NCBI GenBank assembly: GCA_964539925.1
Contig: CAZILB010000002.1
Location: 178-64,177 of the forward strand
DNA length: 64,000 bases
Reading direction: 5' to 3'
DNA from: an uncultured Syntrophobacter sp.
Lineage (GTDB): Bacteria; Desulfobacterota; Binatia; UBA9968
The notes beneath the pieces are model-generated. The model was not told where the DNA came from. It saw nothing but the letters and a program-made list of their open reading frames with translations, and ran no database searches. A program made the translations under genes and the position numbers. Of this stretch, positions 58,801 through 64,000 are shown piece by piece. Within the stretch, counting starts at the first letter, position 1. Each line of letters starts with the position of its first letter.

Positions 58801-59407
58801 ATCTCACGGCCACGATCATCCCAGGCATGAGTTGAGTCACTTTGCCAAGCGGATTTACGCGATCCGCGACCTGCTCGTCGAAAAGGGCGTCATTAGCGAA
58901 AAGGACATCCAATGCCAGATCGAATACCAGGAGGCGCGCTCGCCGGCCAACGGCGCCAAACTGGTCGCGCGCGCCTGGGTCGATGGGGCTTTCAAAAAGC
59001 GCCTTATCGACGATCCGAAGGCAGCCTGCTCCGAAATGGGCATCGACGCCACCGCGATCAACGAATTCGTAGTTCTAGAGAACACGGAAAAGCTTCGCCA
59101 CATGGTGGTTTGCACTTTGTGTTCCTGCTACCCTCGCCCGATCCTGGGACGCCCGCCCGACTGGTATAAAAGCTTCAACTATCGCCAGCGTGCGGTCGTC
59201 GATCCGCGCGGCGTCATGCGCGAGTTCGGACTCGATCTGTCCGGCGGCGTGGAAGTGCGGGTGCATGACAGTACCGCCGATATCCGATACTTGGTCTTGC
59301 CGCTTCGCCCCAAGGGCACAGAGGGTTGGAGCGAAGCGGATCTGGCCAAACTCGTGACCCGCGACAGCATGATCGGTGTCACGGACCCTTTATCTGAACT
59401 CCCTTGA
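58781..59407 (+). CDS. nitrile hydratase alpha-subunit homologue, cobalt-type metal site (VCTLCSCY)
   Basis: HMVVCTLCSCYPRPILG contains the Cys-x-Leu-Cys-Ser-Cys claw. Thr and Tyr at the flanking positions mark the Co-type. Flanking KAWVD..FKKRLI and GWSEADLAKLVTRDSMIG match NHase alpha throughout. Start at MNDPLTE, overlapping part-2 by 20 bp. Confidence 0.85.
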   Translation: MNDPLTESHGHDHPRHELSHFAKRIYAIRDLLVEKGVISEKDIQCQIEYQEARSPANGAKLVARAWVDGAFKKRLIDDPKAACSEMGIDATAINEFVVLENTEKLRHMVVCTLCSCYPRPILGRPPDWYKSFNYRQRAVVDPRGVMREFGLDLSGGVEVRVHDSTADIRYLVLPLRPKGTEGWSEADLAKLVTRDSMIGVTDPLSELP

Positions 59408-59575
59408 TCGCTCCCGGAAGTTTCCAAACTTGCTTTAGCTTCTTTGTTTGCGGTTGAGGCCTCTGCCCTTTGCCGCAATCCGCTGAATCCGTTCAACTTT
59501 TCGATTGATTTTTTTCGGCCCTGCTCGTACCATTGCGATTCCAGTCATACGCTCGATGGGATCAGCGACGGCCGC

Positions 59576-60082
59576 ATGAACCGCCCTTCAAAAATTGGAT
59601 ATCACGCTTCGTCTCGGATGAAACACGCCGTCGCCCTGCGCGCCATTGGACAGGACTTTGACAGGCGCAATTTGAAATCCTTCGATATTCAGTGCGAAGG
59701 GAACGAATATTTCGCGCAATGCGGCTACCAGGATCCGCCTTCCGAGATGCCGGTCTCAATTCACTACACTTTGAAAGACCTTGAAGACCTGGATGAAACC
59801 GGCGTGGAGTACCGCGGTAATACTTCATCCTCCAAGGATTTTTTCGATCAAATTCAGATACTGCGCACCCTCGGCGGCTATATAGACAAAATTGAGGGGG
59901 ATTTAATCCGCATTACCAATAATCAGCCTTTTGGCGCTGAGTCCGGATTTAAGATCGAATATTTCGATGCGGACGGCGAGCGCGTGATCGAGGAGCGAAC
60001 CAGCCAGGCAGTCTACGACATGTGCGTCGCGATGTATAAACAAAGAGGGCGACTTACCGGCACCGGGGACCGAATTCGATAG
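59576..60082 (+). CDS. hypothetical protein, no recognisable domain, compositionally atypical (about 50% GC); longer version could start at 59444
   Basis: Open frame 59444-60082 on the same strand, directly after NHase-alpha. Acidic/aromatic-rich ([31 protein letters not shown]). GC is clearly below the 60-65% of flanking genes. Start uncertain (MNRPSKIG at 59576 or MKHAVAL at 59618). Confidence 0.4.
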   Translation: MNRPSKIGYHASSRMKHAVALRAIGQDFDRRNLKSFDIQCEGNEYFAQCGYQDPPSEMPVSIHYTLKDLEDLDETGVEYRGNTSSSKDFFDQIQILRTLGGYIDKIEGDLIRITNNQPFGAESGFKIEYFDADGERVIEERTSQAVYDMCVAMYKQRGRLTGTGDRIR

Positions 60083-60098
60083 CGTTGCTCTCGGCTCC

Positions 60099-60659
60099 TT
60101 GAATGGCCGTACAGGGCTCGCCCGGTTATCGCTCCTATACACAGGGTTCAAGAATTTGGATACGACCTTGGACTATTATTCCGTGCTCGGCATAGCGCCC
60201 GGGGCCTCGGCGGAAGAGATCAAGCGCGCCTACCGCAAGATGGTTTTCCGCTTTCATCCTGATAGAAATCCCGGCAATGAGGAAGCGGTCGTTAAATTCA
60301 AACAGGTTTTGGACGCTTATTCTGTCCTGACCGATGCCGCCAAACGGGCCGAGTACGACGGCGCCACCCAAACCGGCGAAGGCAAATCGCATCACGGTGA
60401 TGAACAACGCCGCGAGCCGCGCGAAAGCGGCGCGACAAGCGGAAACGGCTTCGGTTTCGATTTCGCTCAAGGGTTCAAAGCCAATGTCGAGGCCGAACCC
60501 AAATGCCCTGTTTGCTCGATTGCCGGTGTGGAAAACATCGTCTCGCGCCGCGGCGCCAGCGGCACAACGCGCGGCAAACAATTCGTCACCGCGCCGTTCA
60601 ATGTCATCTTCTGCAAAACCTGCGGCTATGTCTACGGCGTGACCGCTAACCTTTCTTGA
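60099..60659 (+). CDS. J-domain (DnaJ-like, HPD motif) protein with C-terminal CxxC...CxxC zinc ribbon
   Basis: [63 protein letters not shown] is a complete J-domain. The C-terminus has CPVCS...CKTCG. Gly/Phe-like GNGFGFDF linker. The start may be further in than 60099. Confidence 0.7.
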   Translation: MNGRTGLARLSLLYTGFKNLDTTLDYYSVLGIAPGASAEEIKRAYRKMVFRFHPDRNPGNEEAVVKFKQVLDAYSVLTDAAKRAEYDGATQTGEGKSHHGDEQRREPRESGATSGNGFGFDFAQGFKANVEAEPKCPVCSIAGVENIVSRRGASGTTRGKQFVTAPFNVIFCKTCGYVYGVTANLS

Positions 60660-60775
60660 TGAACTGCCTGCGCGCGCGATCGGCGAAAGTTCCGCTGGGG
60701 CGGACTGTTCTCGCGTCGCAATAAGGGCCAACCGTCACTCGGGTGAACGCGGCGAGTGGCCGCTTCTCCATGCCA

Positions 60776-61654
60776 TCACCGTGCCGGCATCGCGGGCGAT
60801 GCCGCTCCCTCGCACATATCGACGAAGACGCCATCGGGACTCGAGCATTGATAGCGGCCGTGGCGACACGATGCAATGAGCGCAACCCGCCGCTCGCCCT
60901 CGCTCGGTTCGCTGATCACGCGTTCGCGCATCTCGGGGTCGGTTTCGCGCAACCCCACGAGATCATTTTTCACGGCGTCCACGCTCTCCACCTGGAAGCC
61001 GACATGCTCCAGGCCCGGGCGGTCAATGCCGGCGCCTTCGAAGTCGCTCATCTTCCACGGCGCGATGATCAGCGTCATCTTGCCGTCGGTGAGGTAAAAA
61101 TTCGGATCTTCGAGCGCCTTGTCCGCTTCCTTGAGATCGAACAGGTCGCGATAGAACTCCGCGATCGCCGCAGGGTTCATCACCCGAAGTTTCAGATGAT
61201 GGATGCGCCGCGGCGGCTCACGCGGCTGATCCGCCTGCGGCGAACCGGGTCGAACCGCATAGACATCGCGACGGTTGGACATGCCTTCTTGCGTGAGATC
61301 GAAATAATTGCCTTCGGGATCGTGGGCGCCGTAGGTCGCAAACGGCCGGTTCGAAGGCCGTTTAAGCACCCCCACCTCCGGATACCTTTTTTTGATGCGC
61401 GCGATCGCCTCGTTGACGTCGTCAACGTCGACGCCGAAGTGGTGCAACCCCGGCACATAACCGGGTTTTCTGCCGATGACGGTCACGCCGACGTAGCCGT
61501 CGCTGAGGCTCACCGCATAGTTGGTGCGAATCGCTTTCTGTTCCTCCTCGGAGCCCGGCTTCGATCGCTTCATACCGAAAACCGACTCGTAAAACTTCGC
61601 CTCGCGCACAAAATTTTCGCTGACGATGGCGAAGTGTTGAATCCGGGTGAGCAT
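60776..61654 (-). CDS. VOC-family (glyoxalase/bleomycin-resistance/extradiol-dioxygenase fold) two-domain protein
   Basis: Two tandem beta-alpha-beta-beta-beta modules, each opening with the VOC signature (IQHFAIVSENF ... HHFGVDVDD; IHHLKLRVMNP ... EHVGFQVES). RBS GGGAGG before the ATG. Confidence 0.7.
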   Translation of the reverse strand: MLTRIQHFAIVSENFVREAKFYESVFGMKRSKPGSEEEQKAIRTNYAVSLSDGYVGVTVIGRKPGYVPGLHHFGVDVDDVNEAIARIKKRYPEVGVLKRPSNRPFATYGAHDPEGNYFDLTQEGMSNRRDVYAVRPGSPQADQPREPPRRIHHLKLRVMNPAAIAEFYRDLFDLKEADKALEDPNFYLTDGKMTLIIAPWKMSDFEGAGIDRPGLEHVGFQVESVDAVKNDLVGLRETDPEMRERVISEPSEGERRVALIASCRHGRYQCSSPDGVFVDMCEGAASPAMPAR

Positions 61655-61664
61655 AGGCCTCCCT

Positions 61665-61790
61665 TCGGTCGGCTTGGTTCAAGCCGTTCAAATCGTTCAA
61701 GTCGTTCAAACCGTTGACCGCTTAAAACCCGGTTGGTTTGAACCTCCGAGACGGCTTGAACGTTTTGAACTTTTTGAACGTCTTGAACAG
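61665..61790. repeat. 9-bp-periodic hexamer array in inverted arrangement: (GTTCAAnnn)x4-5 ... (TTGAACnnn)x4-5
   Basis: The + strand reads GGTTCAAgccGTTCAAatcGTTCAAgtcGTTCAAaccGTTGACc - 27 nt - gTTTGAACctccgagacggcTTGAACgttTTGAACtttTTGAACgtcTTGAACag. It lies between the SBP stop (61794) and the VOC start (61654), and the two arms are reverse complements of each other. Confidence 0.8.
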
Positions 61791-61793
61791 TGA

Positions 61794-62771
61794 CTATTTC
61801 CCCGCGAGCTTCTTGAAGAATCCTTCCTTTTCGAGCTCGTCCAAAACACTCTCGTCCACGTATCTTTCGAGTTTCGGATCCAGCTTGGGATTTTCCTTGG
61901 CGATCAGCTCGATGGTATTGTGCATACCTGCGGGAGAGACCCGTATCGGAAAAGAAAACTGGGGCGCAAAAAACTTATAGGTCTCTGCCAGCGCTTTGAC
62001 ATTATCCTGCTTCAGTCTTCGCCGGAGAACCGAGATTCCTTTTTCTTGGTCGGTCATAAACTGGTAGGTCGCTTCGGCGTAGGCCATCATGAAGCGTTTC
62101 ACGGCATTGCGATTCTGCGCCAGGAAAGAGCGGCGCACCGCGACTGCAGACATGGGATACTCGGCCGACTTAAATTCGCTCAAATTGCCAAGCTCGTTCA
62201 TTCCCATCCGCAGCGCCTCGCCCAGCTCCGGATGAGAAAGCACCGTGGCGTCGAGCGCCTTGGTGCTAAGCGCGACCAGCCGGGTCGCCCCGCCCCCGGC
62301 TTGCAGGACAGTGACTTTCTCCCGTGGTATTTTCCACTCCCGAAGCAACAGAGTCACGGCGAGATCGTTGGCGCCGCCGAACCCCACGATGCCGATTTTC
62401 TTTCCAATGAGGTCCGCCGGCTGGCGAATTTCTTTGACGCTCACAAAACTGAACGGAAATTTGTTCAACGATCCCCCGACCATGACGATGTCGGCGCCGC
62501 GCATAACGGCCCGAATATGGCCGGCCGCATCGACATGGGCAAATTGGATGCTATCGCCGACCAGGGCCTGTATCTGGCGGGCCGTGCCGGGAACCAAAAC
62601 CGTTTCGCCGTCAATGCCGTATTTTTTTAGCAGCCCCAAATCTTTGGCGGCCCACATCGACACCTGAAATCCCGCAAAGCCGGCGTATCCCATCATAAAG
62701 CGTTCCTGAGCAGCGGCGGCGGTTGGCAGGACGAGGAGAATCGCCGCAATACCCATCAATCGGCTCAACAT
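61794..62771 (-). CDS. ABC transporter substrate-binding protein (NMT1-like, NitT/TauT family), orphan
   Basis: Signal peptide MLSRLMGIAAILLVLPTAAAAQ. Type-II PBP sequence similar in architecture to the SBP at 38619-39644. No permease or ATPase gene adjacent. Confidence 0.7.
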   Translation of the reverse strand: MLSRLMGIAAILLVLPTAAAAQERFMMGYAGFAGFQVSMWAAKDLGLLKKYGIDGETVLVPGTARQIQALVGDSIQFAHVDAAGHIRAVMRGADIVMVGGSLNKFPFSFVSVKEIRQPADLIGKKIGIVGFGGANDLAVTLLLREWKIPREKVTVLQAGGGATRLVALSTKALDATVLSHPELGEALRMGMNELGNLSEFKSAEYPMSAVAVRRSFLAQNRNAVKRFMMAYAEATYQFMTDQEKGISVLRRRLKQDNVKALAETYKFFAPQFSFPIRVSPAGMHNTIELIAKENPKLDPKLERYVDESVLDELEKEGFFKKLAGK

Positions 62772-62819
62772 GGTTTCGGCCCCCCTTTTTCTTGAAATGT
62801 GCCTCGTTTTAAAAATCAA

Positions 62820-64000
62820 TTAGGTTTCGCGTATCGTTCGATTCCGGCTTTCGATCTCTTTGACATGTTGCTTGCAGTCCTTCTCGGCGGGAATCAGCTG
62901 GGAAATCACGATGAGGTGCGGGAAGTGGTTCACGGAAGGTTCTCTAAGCACATGCTGCGGATCGCGTCCGTCGCGGACGTCCTTGACAGCGTTTGCCAGC
63001 AATTTTCGCGCGGCGACGATCGCTTTGTCCGAAGAGACCAGATGCTCTGCGGCGCGGTCCTGAGTCGCTCCCTGGGATTCCGTTGCGAAGGCGTCATGGG
63101 CTTGGAAGTTGAACCCCATGCCGGTGAAAGTCTGGGTTTTCATCGACTCACGGTCCTGCTGGTATCGATTCGCGGCGTTGCGTGTCAAACGATAATCCAC
63201 CGTCAGATCGGCGCGGTTCTTCTCGCGCAGCTCCGCCGCCAGCGCTCTTTCCCGGCTAAACAGGAACACGTACTTCCAGTGGTTCGTGTCGTCGATGGGC
63301 ACATGCCAGTGCACGGCGTAGCCTTCGCCGACGGTCGAACCGCCGAACGCAGACAGATTGGGCATGACGAAATTCGTCACTCGCAGATAGCGCTTGTCCG
63401 ATCCCGAGTCCCGGAGCGTATAGATTCGAAGGCCAAAATCCGTCAGTTCCACTTCGATCCTCGGCGCCACATCCACGGCAAGCAACGCGTTGTCCGTGGC
63501 GTTGCCGCCGCGCACGATGCGCGGCGGCAACGCCACTTGCGCCTCGGAAAGAAATTGATGCAAAAAAGACAGGTGGACGGGATCGATGTTGCCTTCGTTG
63601 CCCTGCAAGAAATTGCACTGGTAAAAGATCTTGGTGACCGCGCGTTGCTCGGCCGGCAGCGCGAGAAACTCGTAGTTCGGCAAGAGCGGCGGCTCGCCCG
63701 GCCCCATGTAGGTAAATAGGACACCGCCTGCTTCGAGGCAAGGGTGAGCGCGATGGCGAATTGCGTGGCGGTTGGCGCCGCCGCCGGGTTCTCCCGGCTG
63801 TTCGATCACGCAGCCCGTAACATCGTAAAGCCAGCCGTGATAGAGGCAGCGAAGTCCGCCGTTCTCGACTCGGCCGTAACTCAAGTCGGTCCCGCGATGC
63901 GAACAATGGAGCCCGAGCAAACCCGGCCGTCCCTGATCGTCGCGAAAAAGAACCAGGTCCTCACCCATGATCCGCACCGTCAATGGCGCACCGCCCTCCG
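62820..64000 (-). CDS. Rieske [2Fe-2S] non-heme-iron oxygenase alpha subunit (5'-truncated by the window edge)
   Basis: Rieske motif CSHRG-x17-CLYHGW. Catalytic-domain iron ligands in NEGNIDPVHLSFLH and a downstream Asp. The frame is open to position 64000, so the true N-terminus lies outside the window. Confidence 0.75.
   Translation of the reverse strand, partial: EGGAPLTVRIMGEDLVLFRDDQGRPGLLGLHCSHRGTDLSYGRVENGGLRCLYHGWLYDVTGCVIEQPGEPGGGANRHAIRHRAHPCLEAGGVLFTYMGPGEPPLLPNYEFLALPAEQRAVTKIFYQCNFLQGNEGNIDPVHLSFLHQFLSEAQVALPPRIVRGGNATDNALLAVDVAPRIEVELTDFGLRIYTLRDSGSDKRYLRVTNFVMPNLSAFGGSTVGEGYAVHWHVPIDDTNHWKYVFLFSRERALAAELREKNRADLTVDYRLTRNAANRYQQDRESMKTQTFTGMGFNFQAHDAFATESQGATQDRAAEHLVSSDKAIVAARKLLANAVKDVRDGRDPQHVLREPSVNHFPHLIVISQLIPAEKDCKQHVKEIESRNRTIRET

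Noticed and set aside
61422-61980. ORFs 61422-61709 (minus) and 61738-61980 (plus) with MNDLNDLNGLN / LNVLNFLNVLN repeats
   Set aside because: The repetitive peptides are just translations of the GTTCAAnnn array. They have no start context and overlap the real SBP gene, so they are not coding.
1-64000. CRISPR arrays, integrases/transposases, phage structural genes, toxin-antitoxin pairs, restriction-modification or other defence cassettes
   Set aside because: None found on either strand. The only tRNA (12805-12880) has no adjacent integrase or direct repeat, and the lone HTH_17 gene has no mobile-element partners.

Overview
The window is a high-GC (about 60-65%) bacterial chromosomal segment, densely coding on both strands, with many spurious long antisense ORFs typical of high-GC DNA. 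Most of it is conserved housekeeping. The left part carries an MFS transporter, recJ, the secF-secD-yajC-tgt block, a stand-alone xanthine-dehydrogenase-family Mo subunit, tRNA-Asn(GTT), an ABC-2 transporter, htpX, an F420-type LLM oxidoreductase, a heterodimeric ABC exporter pair and typA. The middle carries an AsmA-family giant protein, tatA, htrA, mgtE, purN-purM, a NitT/TauT-type ABC importer, thiE behind an NtrB/NtrC-like two-component pair, the complete rimP-nusA-ylxR-infB-DUF503-rbfA-truB operon and GTP-type PEP carboxykinase. The right end (about 58.1-64.0 kb) looks accessory. It has a three-ORF cobalt-type nitrile-hydratase/thiocyanate-hydrolase-like enzyme whose beta subunit is split into two genes. 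That cluster is followed by a low-GC orphan ORF and a J-domain/zinc-ribbon protein. Converging on it is a Rieske oxygenase - NMT1-like binding protein - VOC (glyoxalase/extradiol-dioxygenase fold) series, interrupted by a striking 9-bp-periodic inverted array of GTTCAA/TTGAAC hexamers. A PAS-HisKA-REC protein that lacks an ATPase domain, together with TPR and coiled-coil partners, is the other non-standard module. No CRISPR array, integrase, prophage or recognisable defence genes were seen.
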